A DNA stretch of 64,000 bases from Trichoplax adhaerens. Lineage: Eukaryota > Animalia > Placozoa. The position numbers and the translations under genes are program-made. Below are positions 1-14,907 of the stretch, piece after piece. How positions within the stretch are numbered: the stretch's first letter is position 1; each line of letters starts with the position of its first letter. Below the pieces are notes generated by a model. The model was given only the letters and a program-made list of their open reading frames with translations, was not told the DNA's origin and searched no databases. The stretch lies in assembly GCF_000150275.1 (NCBI RefSeq), contig NW_002060956.1, positions 124,001 to 188,000 on the forward strand. Reading direction: 5' to 3'.

Positions 1-3000
1 GTTGTTTTAACGTAGAAGCAAAGGCGTCTAAATTCTTGTGAGGTAGTTAAGGGATACTGAATCCCGGGGACTATAGTAATTTAGAGATTTGTTTTACGTT
101 ACCCTTGTCACGAAGCTGGTTTGTGATACTGACAAATAAATATTGATCTCCAGGATGTATCATTATTTTTTTAAGTTTGGACATAATATTTTGTTGCTAC
201 GTAAATGGAAATCGATTCGGTAGCTTCGTAATTCAAAACTTGACCTAGTTTTATTTCGCTGAGATATCTTAATTTACTAAATCGATGGTAGTACTAGTAA
301 TTGTTTACGAATTATTTAATCTACCAACAACGAATCATTATCGATAAAAAAGCTGCTCAACTAGAGTAGAATATATTACGATTAGTACCATATAAAAATT
401 TCTCTGGTTAAAATTTATGAAAAAATATTAAAAGAAATGATTGCTAACATAAAATTATAAACAATTTAGCCTATTGCTAATTACGTCAGGCCGTTAATTG
501 TATAAAGAGATAGTCCATATAATAAATTACTACCGTTTGATACTACTCTCTTCATAAGCAAGACCACACTGTTGTGCAAAAATTCAATTCAGTTTACAAT
601 TAGTAGAAATAAAATATTACTGTAAAGATCAAACTACTAGCAGCGATAGGAGTTCTCTAAGCAAAATTTGCGTTCAGTATTGGAATACAAGATAGGGTGC
701 CGTAATACAATTTTACTGTTAAATACCTATTATTTTTTGTTACGATACGATTACACAAAATTGTAAGAAATTTAGACTGTAACTATACAAGCTGTCCATA
801 AGGATCGGAAAGTTATATTTTACTAAAAGGTTTATTTGTTTGACGGATCAGCTCACTGCTATAAATTTTGGATAGCTAATTAGATCATATTACGTGTCAT
901 AGAATTTTCAAGTGAGCAAAAGGCGAGGTAAAATTTACCAGGGAGTGTTTGCTCTTAGACGGACTTAACTTCTGCTATAAAAAATTAAAAATTACAACCC
1001 ATTCAATCCATTTCAATGAAATATGAATTACTATGAATTACTGGAATACATTAATTCATCAACGGTAAAAAAATGCGTCAATTAGATCAGGTCAGCAATC
1101 ATCTAGAATCCAAACTTAATGAAAAATATTGCTATATTAGCAGTTTCTATATACGAGTAGATCCTAAAATTGCTATAAAAACTATAATATTTCTTCATTA
1201 TAATAAAAGTATTAATATAAATTTAGAAGGATTTTACTGATTAACAGATCCCATTGTCGATATAAAAACTACGGCTTTTTTAATTAGATCCAATATCAGA
1301 TAAATGCTACTTATAAAATTAGTCTATTGCTGATGAAGACGATCAGTTAAAGTATGAAAAAGCTTATTAGTAATCGATATATTAAGTTACCTTGATAGTA
1401 AACGGTTTACATCGTACGAGTATAATCAAAAGTTTCTTAAATATATCTTACCAGGCAGAAAATCAATTGCTATCAATGAACTTAAAGACTCTGGCTAAAA
1501 CACCTAATCTTCTTCTTGTATATGTCATGTATTAGTCAAACACCCAGCTCGCGATACTTCGCATACTCGTTTACTGATCATAATGTTTCAGTATATGTTT
1601 AATATAATACTTTTGAAAAGCTGTCTACCTGTCTGTTATGCTTACATTTCACCGAGCATGATCAGTCTTTGAAATCTGAACTCACAATGATTTTTTTCTT
1701 AATTTTGATAATAGAATAGACACTATTTAAGATGATATCTTTATGTAAAAAGGTGCTAAAAATGACGAACTATTCCTGTTCACTGTGAACAGATATTAAT
1801 AGCTAGCTAAAAAAATAATCCCGTAACATTAATACGGTTAAATCATAATTTTACTCACAAAAAACTGACTATGCATCTATGTCCTTGGGTACACGACCTC
1901 TTCACTGAATTCTTTTCGTATTAGAATAGACACTGCCGATATTTTAGCATAAATAACCATCGATCGGTAACAGTTTGCTAATAGAATTTCCAAAATCAAA
2001 TTGAAAGAATCTAAGAAATTCGATTAATTCTAATCCAACATTCAAAGCTAACTGCAAATCGATGTCAATTAGAAAAAAATTCTCGGCAGTTTACAGTTGT
2101 TCAATTAATAAATTTAAATAGAATGAATAGTACTAATCATAATCAGTAATCTCTTAAAGTGATATCACTTAGCATCTTCATAAACCTTAGTACAGAGCGT
2201 AGAGTTTAATGAAATTGCCTGATTAAAATTGAAATGAAATCGTGCTATTCTCGTCAAATAAGCAATTAACAAACACTGTCGTCTCTATTATGGCATATCC
2301 CTAATGAATAGCAAAGTGATTTGCAGACATCAATTACCATCGTAAGCTTTTAAGAAAACTATGGATGAATTCGAAAGTTAAGGCTTATTATAAAGCTATA
2401 TCTTTAGTGCCCTTGTCTCAAATAACAATATGTTATGTTGATTAAAAGCAATGCTATTACTATTGAAAAAGATTTGCTATTTGAAAAAGTGGAATAACAA
2501 AAAAAGTCATGATATTTGCCTTCAATGTATTTGCTTCTAACAAACATTTTTACACTAAGCAGATTGTTATTTTCATTATAAGAGATGTACTCCCGTAAAT
2601 TATAAAATTAAACAATAAAAATAGGACGCATTTCAAAAACAGTTACCGATTTAACCTCAAAATATTATTAAGGAGTGATTTAATATAGGGAAATTACGGT
2701 ACTATCTAGTTTTTGTTAAATAAAAACTTCGATATGGTCTGATCTTGAAACTCCTCAGCTGTTTGATGTTTTCCTATAACATCCTGCATTTTTACTGTAA
2801 ATTTAAGTAGAATTCTATTGTAATATGATCTAGATTAGTTTAATTGACGCTTTACAGGCAATGTGTAGTCTAAATACACATTCTGTGGTCGATCTATGAT
2901 TAAGGTAGCAAATCGCTCAAAATTTGGGAGATATTCGTGATTACTGCAGCTTCTAGACAATAGATAGAAGACAGATCTAATAAATAGTCAAAATTTCGAA

Positions 3001-6000
3001 TTTACGACAGTTAAGATGCTGAGAATGACGTTTTAGGTTGTAGATTCGTCGTTTTGCTGTCGTTGCAAAACATTGTGAGCATAGATGTACCCTAACGATG
3101 AGAGATTAATACTTTGTAAAGGACTTATTTGTTTTAGCTGGTCTTCGTGACCTTTCCAAATACTGAAACAGGATATACGCATATATTGGATTAAATATTT
3201 AGCTAGCGAAAATTACATTTACTTTTGTCCGTCGATAATCGCATTCAATAAAATTGATAGATAAAGATGATATCATTCAATCCATTTTTAAAGCTTAAAT
3301 TTTGTTTATGGTGTCTACGATACCTCGTCTGAGTAGAAAATTTCCATTAATGTACCGCTATACTACACTTCAATTACATAATCTTAAGTAAAATTTTGAA
3401 ACTTTGATTTAATATTCCGAGATTAGTGATTTATATAGAAGGCATATCAGAAAATTAGAAGAGTAACATTATTTATATGTCAGATCTGCAGGTAGTAAGT
3501 AAATTTATCACTCAAAAAACGGATAATATCATGACATGTTATGTTATTGATGTTTATCGATACTAAAATAGGCTCTAATAAGAAGTATTTAGCAACCGTA
3601 ATATCATTAGAGTAATTATAAGATGGTTTCTCAAATCGAATACTAGTCTTTTTAGTAATTCTTTCAATTATTCTTATAAACGATTATTAATTCCTGGTTT
3701 AAATTAGGATATTTATACAAAAGCTTTATAGAAAATTGAATTTAAAGGTAATCTATATTATATGATTTACATAATTACTAGACTAGGCGTAGCCAAAGTT
3801 CCCGACTTCAATTATTTATTCCTTTTTGGACATAAGGTCGCTACGATATCCCTTTACTCTCAGCTATGTAAAAGGGACTTACATTGCAATATAGATTAAC
3901 GCACCTAAAGCCTTAGCAACAATTATCAAAGTCATCAATTAGTTTTAGCAGTTGAAATGGAAATTATGTTCATATTATTAATAGTTGCGGTAAGGATTGA
4001 TCGGTAAACTATCTGGAGATAAGTAATCATAATAGCGGTATAGAAATTAATCTCCATTAACCTTTTTTCTTCGTGATTATTTTTCTGACCTCAAAGCGGA
4101 GCTGAAAAATTATTAACGATCCTTGATACAATCAATTTGTTACTATACTATTACAGAATGAGAAATACTATAAAAGCTGAAATAAAATAGTACGGTACTA
4201 TGGCAGAGCTAAGGAAATTACTAATATTAAATGCCTTCTTTCATTTTAATACCGCGATAGTCATACAATAATTATATCTTTCCATAAAAAATTAGGTATC
4301 GGGAAAACTAATTTTTACATTTTATCCTAAATACTTAGACTTGTGCTGTACGATTTTAAATAGAACACGGTCAACTCAATTGTAAATGATGGCTGAATAT
4401 TCGTCATTTTAATTTTTATATCAAAACTTAATTAGTGATAATAAACTAATTGCAGATAAAAGATAACGCAATTTCTTTATGAATAGTTAAAAATCTCACA
4501 GAAATTCTAGTTCAAATATCGCAGTTGTAACTGAGGTCTACAATTCTTAGGGCCATCATGATGAATTATAACTTACCTATCTAAAGGTGGTATAGAAACG
4601 AAAAATTTGCCGCTTTAAACGAGAAGAATAAGTAATTGAGGTACTTGACCACAACGATTTGACTACTGAATGTAAGATTGCATTTATTATTCGTCAAGAC
4701 TAGCCGGATTGAAATTGGTATCTTAATAGCTACTATTTAAGAAATTTTATTAAGTTATTATTTCAAACCCAACTGACACACCGGATCTATTAACATACAA
4801 TAGGAGAAAACTTTATCCTTCTTTTCCGACTGCAATGATTTGACAGACCTCACTAGTAAAATATTATTCTTTACAAAGTTACTAAAGGTAATTAATAATC
4901 GAATTGTGGGACATTTTCACTTTTATGTAGTTATTATAAAGTCACCATATTCACTTTATTACAATAATAATTGTAACAATAAATTCAGTGAATTTTAACT
5001 GTATTAAAATTATTTATAGCAAATTAGTTTATTGATTAGATATAGAATAATAATAGTGTCTATTCGAATAAAACTATACTATTCAGTTTATTTATTTTCT
5101 ATCACTGCATTTATCTTAAAGTAATTCTTGCATTTACAGTAACATTTTCAGCATATTCATCTTCAACTTATAAAATAACAAACTACAAAAAAAAATTAGA
5201 CTCTAATGTCTGATTTGATAATGATACAAAATATGGCGATCATTTTAAATAAGAAATTGTTAACCTAACTACGTGTAGTTGAAACTACTATACAACTGGC
5301 TATGTGCCCTTCTAAGTAAGACCAAGTAAACTTTTTATATCTTATAATTCTAAATCAATCGTTAAGGATTTCAATAAACAACTTACGCTTTGTCTACCAT
5401 ATATCAGTAGATATATTAAAATTTTAATTTAACACTCCTTTCTCTCATTTAATTGATGTCGTGAGTTAGATTGATTACCTCTAATAGCTACAATTGGACG
5501 ATAAGAGATAATCGAATGTAAACTATTTTTACTATATTTACATATCGATATAAATTCACCGGACATACTATAGAATATAGATATAGAATACGTTTACGTA
5601 GTTGCTTTACCTAATTTTTTAACTTTTCAATAAGAATATTGTTTTGTTTTAACTTTTCTAGCAAGCTAAGTTAATTTACTAACTTCCACCCGTATCAATA
5701 CTGTGTCATCTATAATTCTAGCTAACTGCGTACTACACGACGCTATAAACTGTTCTAAATTACATTCACACCCTGAATTATGACCAGAAATGAATTAGTC
5801 TATTTGTTGTACAGCTAAATATTGCAGTAAACTAAGAGATTATTTCCTTATCGTTGTCTAAATTTAATTCTAATTCATAAATTAATTGAATTATTATCTT
5901 ATCATACGATTGCTGACATGCTTCCAAGTACCTCTGAAGATTCAACTTTTATTTTATCGATCGTTTCTAGATCACTATTTTATCTTCTCTTATCCTATTT

Positions 6001-8017
6001 TGCTAATCATCGATAAAATTACTTTTATTGGCTATTTACAAAGTAATTATGAATCACAGACAATAGTTTCTTTTTTTATTTACCAACTGTTATAAAGCAT
6101 ACCAAAAATAATTAATTTTTATTACTCTATTTTGATATAGGATAAATAAATAAAGCAATGTCGTTTAAGTATAGTAATGGAAGTAATATGAAAAATTCTC
6201 CCGTTACATTTTTATAAACATGATAAATCAAAGAAATCATTGCTTTGTTACTTATCTTTATTTTATATAAACGGTAAGTGTGTGCAGTATCATCAATTTA
6301 TGATGCTTAAGAATCATATTTGATTTGCAAAAGTTTAATAAAATTTAGGCGGTAATCGTAATTAGAGTCTTGATAATATAACTTAAGATAAAAATAGCCT
6401 AAAAAAGAACTTGCTAAATCATTATTAATGTTTTAATGATGCGCTCTGATTGTGTTAAAACTATCATTATGGAATTCAACACCCTATAATTTATTTATAA
6501 ACTAAAAGCAATAAATGTTAATCATCACCTCTTATGTGATCGTGGAGAAACAGCAACCAAATAGGATAGTAATTTATCTTCAGTAATTGCGAATAAAATT
6601 CCTTAATAATAATATTCTGCGATCTGTTATTTTGCGATATTTGTACATTAATGCATTATTCTCTTCGATCAATCTATCATTATTGAGAACACCAGTCCTT
6701 CTTATTTTGATCTTTAACTCTACTCTACCTTGCTGGCATATTATACTGAGAAGCCAGATGTGTGGTAGCTATTTCAAGCTGAATAAATAAGTATATACTT
6801 GCGATACACTTAATTATAGACTATAAGATATGTAGAGTATCCGATACCCATAAGGCTAAATAAGACACTAAGGATCTATTATACCTAAACATTTTAGCTG
6901 AAATACGTTCTACTACGCGCCAATCAAATCTTAAATATTAAAAATTAAATCGTTTGCCAAAGACCTATTTGATCCAAATAATTTTATGTGCCAAAATTGT
7001 GATTATCCTATAACAAAGCACGTTAAAGCCATATTAAATATTCCAACTAGGAATCGGTACCGGTAATAGATAAGGGGTAAGTAGCACAGATAACTAAATA
7101 AATAATAGATAGTTATCCAAGAATCCGTTCAATGTGTAATGAAATGAAATGTGTAGAGATCAAGCTACGAAACTTTAACAAACTTTGATTCTACTTTCGT
7201 TGCACTCCGGTCGACTTAACGCTAATACTTTGACACCAAATAAAATTTGGGGAAATAACCGAACAACAATTTATTTCAAAACAAAAATGGAGAGAAGTAT
7301 AAACCGAACAACCTTACAAATACTTAGCTTTAAGTATTATTAAAATAAATGACAGACTTAAAAACTGTCAACGACCAAACAATCTTTCAAAAAGAAGAAC
7401 GTTTTAACTTACGACAATTCGACCCCGAAGGCCTTTTAAATTCAACAAGTTCTTCAAATAAAATCTTCTTCTACTCTCCCCCTAAATTTTCTAATTGCAC
7501 TATCATTTATAGGCTTCGTAGAGCCGTCAGAGGTATTTAAAACTAAACATTTGCTAACCAATCGCTCTTAAGATCCGTTTTACAAAACTACTTTGCACCA
7601 TTTAAGAAAACAAAAATCATTCAAAGTTCAGACACAATTTACCCTACGATTCCCTTACAAAACACTATAAAAGTAATAAGCTAACTATAAAAATACATCA
7701 AACTTCATTTCTAACATAATTTCTATCATTAATACACTATAAAAAGCTAAAAATCAACCTTTAAACATCAAGATTTAGTCATAAAAACAACATTCTAACT
7801 ACCTAACAATCAACACAACCTCTGCCAATTTCCATCTTATTTTCTATTTTCCTCACTAAATCTCCTAATGTGACTTCAAGTCACGTCATAAAATTCCAAA
7901 GTTTCAAATTCATAACAAAAAGTCCAAACCTCAAAAATCAACTCTTACGATATTTTTCATGAACAAAAATCCAAAAATTAAAACAGAAAAATTATAATTC
8001 AGACATAAATTAAAAAT

Positions 8018-8099
8018 AAACCCGACCGGTTCCAAAACAGGAAAATTATATCGGACACAAACCCGACCGGTCCCAGAATCCGAAAACTATATCGGACAC
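8018..8099. repeat. Two 41-bp tandem repeats (AAACCCGACCGGT...TATATCGGACAC), with a degenerate partial copy at about 7980-8010
   Basis: Units 8018-8058 and 8059-8099 align directly. Confidence 0.9.
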
Positions 8100-11000
8100 A
8101 AATCCGGAAAAATTCGCTTTTTATGAAGATCACAGTAATCGCTTATCAAAAAAATTTATATGACTACTACGACTACTTTTCTGACATTAGTACCGCTTAG
8201 TATTCGCGAGTATTGACAGTTGATGTTTTAGCGTCAGATTGTACTGTAACTGTACGAGTATAGACTACCTTACAGTACTTTATCGTCATGTTATAAATCC
8301 CCTTTCTCTAAGGATAGGGTTTTGCTACTAAGTCAAATTTCTTTACAATTTGAATAGACGATCAAACGCCCTTTCTTTAGATTAGGCATTTGCTCTATAG
8401 GGCTACTTGTATAGTAATCTATATAATACCTTGTAAAATAATGAAGAAGAAAAGATGGCGACATGATGATTTGGCAGGGTAAAACTTAAAGACACTATCA
8501 CTTTCTAGGTATTTTGTATAGTAAAATAATACTAATTACATACTAAAAACTACAAAGGACTCTACTTTTAGTCCTTTTACTACAAATGGATAAAAATTCA
8601 TGGGCAAGTTTCAAGAGTTGCATCATATGCTCTAGTCATTCATAAGATATTTAGAGAGAAAGAGGAGCATTCATTATTGGCGCAATGACCGCCTAATACC
8701 CTAAAAAGGGAAGTTTCTTTGTGGTCATTACCGCTGAAAGGTATGGTAATTTTCAATATATCATCAAAATTCATTTGCAGATCTATTTTAATCAGAATTT
8801 TAGGATATCCATTTTAAAATAATGCTACCGGTGTATACATTTATAATACCCTTGCAATGAGTTAAAAATTCTAACAATTAATAGTTATTACAGTTTTGCG
8901 ATATCTAAAGGATTAAGGTTTATAGCTCAGTGAGCAGCAGCAATATGAGATACAGTATTCGTGATAAGTGTAGCATCATCAAAATTAATTTAAAATTATT
9001 TACATTCTACATCAACTTTTTATAATTATCTACCTTTGTAAACATCCTGTACGGGAATAAGTTTTAAACATAAAATCTACTTGTTTCTGAATCATAGTTG
9101 AAAAGTCCACGTGTTTGGCTTTAATCTACTCTAATGAATATTGATTATACATGTTAACAATGCAAAGAGTGAATGATAAAATTACTGATGTCATAAAATA
9201 AGCGACTGCTTTGAAATAAAATAATATCAATACTTTGATATCATGAAGATATTTTTAAGGATATCTTCCGAGCTGAACACTTGTCATTCTGACGAATAGC
9301 TAATAAATCTTGAATTTAATATAATCGATGACGTCAAAGTCATTGATTATAATCTTAATCTCATTCCAAATATCTCATGCTAGAAATTGGGACAAAAACA
9401 CCTCTAAGATAACTTTATCGCCTTTTCAGACGTCAGATGTGACATTTATCTGTTTTAGATGAAAAGACACAGAATAGCTTAAAAATGAATTCTATTCTCA
9501 AAGTTGTAATTTTAGCCATAATTTTAAATTTTAGTTACTATATCATTTTAAAGTAAATTCATTAATATTCTACATAAAATAATAGTAGTTTTGAGGTTTT
9601 TCACTATTGTCTGCCCTAGTAATAGTTTGATGCGCCTGCGATTTAACCGCTTAACATATCTCAGCTAATACTGATACTACCTTCTCGTACTGTGCCTTAC
9701 TAATAAACTTTTCATAACGTAAAATTATTTGTTTCAATATTCTGCATCCAAGAATAAGGAATAAGAATCTGTTAATTAAATTATCTATTCTTAGCATACA
9801 TACGCGTATATGTTTTTAGCTATATAATGTCACAATAAAGCTACGCTTATTTAGTTAAAGTAAGTAAGAAATATTTTAAAGTACGTCATTAAAAGTATAA
9901 CTTTACCAATATTTAGGTTGTATATGTCCCATAGTGTAGGTTTACCATCAATTGCCTAATAATTAATAAACAATTGCTATTTAAACCATTGAATTATAAT
10001 TGTGCTTTATTCTATAAATCAATTTATTGTCACTAATTCTAACTAGAAAAAATGATTAAATATTAATCTGGATAAAGTAATCCGATTTTATTAGGCAAGT
10101 TATAAACCAGACGCAAGGGTAGATCTTGTTGTTATACAGTAATTAGTAATGACGACAGTATTATTGTAAATGGCAAGTAGATGGCATGTAATAATATGAC
10201 CTCATATTTATTGCTCTCTGTGTGTATCGCAATGTTCAGACCTTATCATCATCGTTTAGGAATGCAAAGTTTGTAGATAGAGAACCTACATATATTTTAT
10301 TGGTACGCTGAATAAAGAAAGCAGTAGGTAATCTCTAGATAGATTCGTGCTTTTTTTTAAAAGTAATGAAAAGATCCAATACCCTTCATAAAATAAATAC
10401 TAATAATAATTAATTTACGTCGTAACGTAATTAAGTCCGGCATCAATTGTTTAATTATTGTACTAGATCTTAGAATTGATACCGATACTTTTGCGACTTA
10501 ATCTTCAGCCGTTGACTGAATTTTATTATTTACGGTCCTTATCCAGTATCTTTTAATTTATCTTGCATTTCTATACTGTAGATTTTCCATAGCAATCAGT
10601 TTCATCTATTTCTTAAATTTCTCAGCACTGTTAATAGCAGTAACATTGTGCTTCAACCTGTCAGTGAATCAATACTTTATTAAAGCTTTAAAATCTAAGC
10701 CCAAGAAGCTTTTCGACATCAAATTTAAGACAATTACATCTCTTCATAGAGAATACACCAAGAGGACATAATAATATAGCCGATTGATAGTTTTATACAC
10801 CTAATACGACGAAAAACAAATTGTGTGATTTTCATATTACTAGAATATATCATAACTTCAACTCTATACTCCAAGAATCAAATAGAATTTTTGGTCAAGT
10901 TTTACACTATCGCCGCACTACCTCGCATCTCTGTACATTGTTCCCTGCTACTAATAATATAATGATATAATTAAATACATGTGTTTACTGTACTTTCCCT

Positions 11001-11673
11001 GATTCAATAATAACTCGAAACAGGCAAACAATATCATAACCGTGATCTATAAACATGTATTTGTTCTACACAGCTAGCCCAGCATTACGGTGATCCGCAT
11101 ATACGAGAGAGATCAATATGATGTAGTCAACTACAACTACCTCTAAAGCGTTGAAATAGACATATCCTACACTAATAATAATCTGTAAATCAGTATAAAT
11201 ATACCGGGGCAATATCGAACATATGGTACTATCTTTATCTAGAATTAAAATATTATCAATACCGTCCTATTTATAATATCGATCTCGCCTTTAAAATACT
11301 CTGTTACAGGTAGATATTTATCTAATTAAAGCATTAGTTTCATTTAAGTCAAGAACTCTAATGCGTTAGAAACAGCACTTTGATGAAATAGCGTTTGATA
11401 CGTGAAGTTAGCTCAATGTCGAGGATACATGTTAATTTTGTTAAATAATTATTTATGTAATAATTAATTCACTGCGACTACTTGTCTACGATGTCGAAAT
11501 CATTTACTCCTTTCATATATTAGATACTTTTACAACTAATACGGTATATTAACTTCTGTGATAACATCTTTTAGGGTATAATACTGATATAATTTGACAA
11601 ACTGCCTTTCCTTAAGGTCTAATTAATTACGGATTAGATCAAGGGAAAGCATCTTATTCTTTCTGATGTTGTA

Positions 11674-14600
11674 TCAGCCTGCAATGTCTTTTAAAGCTCT
11701 ATTAATAAGTGCAGTAATCTGATCAATATTAACATCACTCGCAGACGACGGACTGTTATAAAGACGGCACATATTAGGATGAGGACGATGAATTCGCCTA
11801 TCATTGCTTGATTGAACAGTAGAATCTGGCGCAGCATCTGCAGCAAAAAGGTAGCGAGTAATATAATCTCCACAACCTCTCGGATCATGTTCACTTTCCC
11901 GGAAAGGTTGTACCCAGAAGTTCGCTTGAGATTGACTCAATTGTTCACTCTTATTTAATTCAATTTCATCCAATAGCCAATTGCACAAGTTAATTGGAAA
12001 TAGATCAGTAAATAATGGTTTTAATTGTGCTGGTGTCACCAAGCGAACTTTAGCGATTGTTTGCGGAGTTAAAAATAGTTTCGCCGTTGACCAAATACTC
12101 GAAAATATCCAATTGTAATTGATACAAAGCAACTGGCCAAGCCGGCATGGATAATGATTAGATAATAAATTCATAACCTTAGCGTTTAATTTATTGCATG
12201 TTGAAGACATTGTAATCCCTATAAATACATGGTATTATTAATACTTAATAATGTACAGAAATAAATAATTTAATGAAGGCAATGAAAAGATTACTCAAAA
12301 TTAAAAAAGAAATATTAAATACCAGTGCAGTCAAGTATCCAGATCCAGGTACAATTGTCATCTGGCATGGTTGCAATCGCATTTTCAATTAAGTAAACCA
12401 TATGAACTATTGTATCTTCTATGGTATCACTTTTCGCTTGTTCTTGAGCAAAACACGAATAAATTACAGGCCTACCAGTCTTATCGAAACCTACCTGCCT
12501 CTAGAATATAATTCAATTAATTGAGTAATGAAATATGCGAAGTAAAACGTATTAATTACAGGTAAAATAAGTTGCGTTAAAATTTTCAAAATATTGAGTA
12601 ATTTACCTATAATACATTCGAAATATAACTATGATTTGTGCACTTTCGTGATATTAAACTATATTTCAGACTTAATCTGATTGTTTTTACGAACTGATTG
12701 GAAGAATGATTAGATTTATTTACATAATGCGGTATAAAAGATTCAATACCATACTATCTAAAATCATTATAAGATATACGGTACGCGTACGGTAATTATA
12801 ATTATACAGTACTTCCGCATCTATGGATTTCGCACACAACTTCTCACGAAAAATATAATTCTTGCATCACGTAGGATGCATAATTTTAATCATTCAACGC
12901 GAGATGTATAATAATTTGAGATTTCGATGTGAATACACACAGTAGTAGAACTAACAACCACAGTATATGATGAAGTTTCATGGTTAGATGTTATATAGCA
13001 AGTGAGTGGTTTCAAATAGTAACAACAGTAAATCATTCTGATGGCAATTACTCGTTAGCTTACGAACAAGCTGACATTTTGGTACAATGCTCGTATACTA
13101 TATAGGATTATGTAGGGAAGATTATATTGTATGAATACGCGTACGTCCCTTATTTTATTGCAGTACAATGGCGCGTTTACTATACAATTTAATTGATGTA
13201 AGGCTGTTGACAATTTAAAGAATATTAAAAGTAAATGGTATTATTGCGTGAGTTAACTTAATACCGTTTCTAATTTCAACTCTTGAAAAAAAGGTACCGT
13301 AAATACAATAAACTACTGGTGTACCTTGATTTACCTAAAGTTAGCTAAGCTAAGTGGTACTTTTACTGTATTTATAGTATAAGCGAACTCGTATCTATAC
13401 GAACTTAATCCACATTGAAGCGCATAATTTCTTAAATCTGAGCTGTTGTGGATAACATATTAACTTTCGTGAAGTATATACGATTAAAGAACTGTCTGCG
13501 TGATATTATACGTATATTTACAATGTTAAATTTTTACCCACGCATGATACCCCGGTGTTTCAATACACCATTTACATTGCCACAGTTGAGGTTGATGTTT
13601 GATACGCCACTTTAAAGTCCTTAAAATCATTTCTTCTGCTTCATCAATATTCCAATGATTTGCTTGCAGGTAGCGATGAATCCTATACAAATGTATACCA
13701 TCATTTATATTTTCAATAAAAACAGTAAGTAATCTGAGTAACATCAATACTATTCATATCTTTCATAAAGTCCTTGCTATTAACAGCAGATACACGAGTA
13801 GACTTTAAAGTTACTATCATTATTCTGGAAGATAGCAGATGTATCTGTTTAAGCGTATTTTGTGGTCAATTAAATAATTAAAACCTGGAAATAACACAAA
13901 ACAAAAAAATACGAAATGCGCTACTACGATAGTTGGGTGACTATTGTCATTGCCGGCATTCAAGATATTCATACTAATTTATCTCAGCTTGCGATATCAA
14001 AAGTAATAGCTTATACAGTAAATAATAGCTCCGTAGTTTTTTAGTAAAACTTCAAAAAAGAATATACTTGCTTCGTTATTTTCTATCTTGAAAGACAATC
14101 AAAGTAGTTCTGAAATATATTGACGCATACCGCATGATATTAAGCAACTTTGAAAACATTAAATTGTTCTTGTTTACGCGTACACACTAGGGTCAGTAGC
14201 TATGTATTCGATTCGAAAAAAAATCTTCATATTCCCACAGGATAATCAGGAATTTTTACTCATGATACCGAATCAGTATCAATGGAGAAAAAATTATGAG
14301 ATTATTCTACACTTCCATTTCATTTCACTTTACTTCATAATAATTACTAGTATGAAAGATTTATGGGTGGGGACAGTTACTGTTTGGTATTCAAAAAAGG
14401 ATCCTAAACTGGGTTAATTCCAAAGCAAAAGATTACTAATGTGAACTCTATCAATCTAACATAGAGAAAGTTGCATAATAGCAGTACACAGATGTGATAT
14501 TTTAGACCGTCTATTGATGCTTAGAATGAAAGGAAGAATGTCGCAATTAATCATCATCTCGTAATTATCAGTTACCCGCAATAGCGGATAGAACTGAAAC

Positions 14601-14907
14601 AGAAAGTTGTCTACAGTTTATTAAAAAGGGGAATAATAGAGTAATAAAACCTACATCAGGAAAATAAAGCAACTAACTAACTTTTGAAGTAATCTACGAA
14701 TTCAAGATGAGCCAGCAATGCTTACGTATTTAAGGTAATAAAATTTTCTGGGTCTTTACGATGACATAGACGGCGATGGAGATCAGTCATCTTCTTTTGT
14801 TGTATATCTTCTTCATCTAAGGCATATTCATGTGAAAACGATTTGCTGGATTCCTCCTTTTTTCGGTTAAAATTGGTCCATAATCCATTGGATACTTTAG
14901 TCATCAT
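11674..14907 (-). CDS. CRAL-TRIO (Sec14-like) lipid-binding protein, 4 coding exons: 14907-14726, 13682-13538, 12500-12323, 12218-11674
   Basis: The exons join in frame at GT-AG boundaries. The translation has a CRAL-TRIO N-domain pattern (IHRYLQANHWNIDEAEEMILRTLKWR), GFDKTGRPVIY, WIWILDCTG and NHYPCRLG...IFSSIWSTAKLFLTPQTIAKV, all typical Sec14/CRAL-TRIO motifs. Confidence 0.9.
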
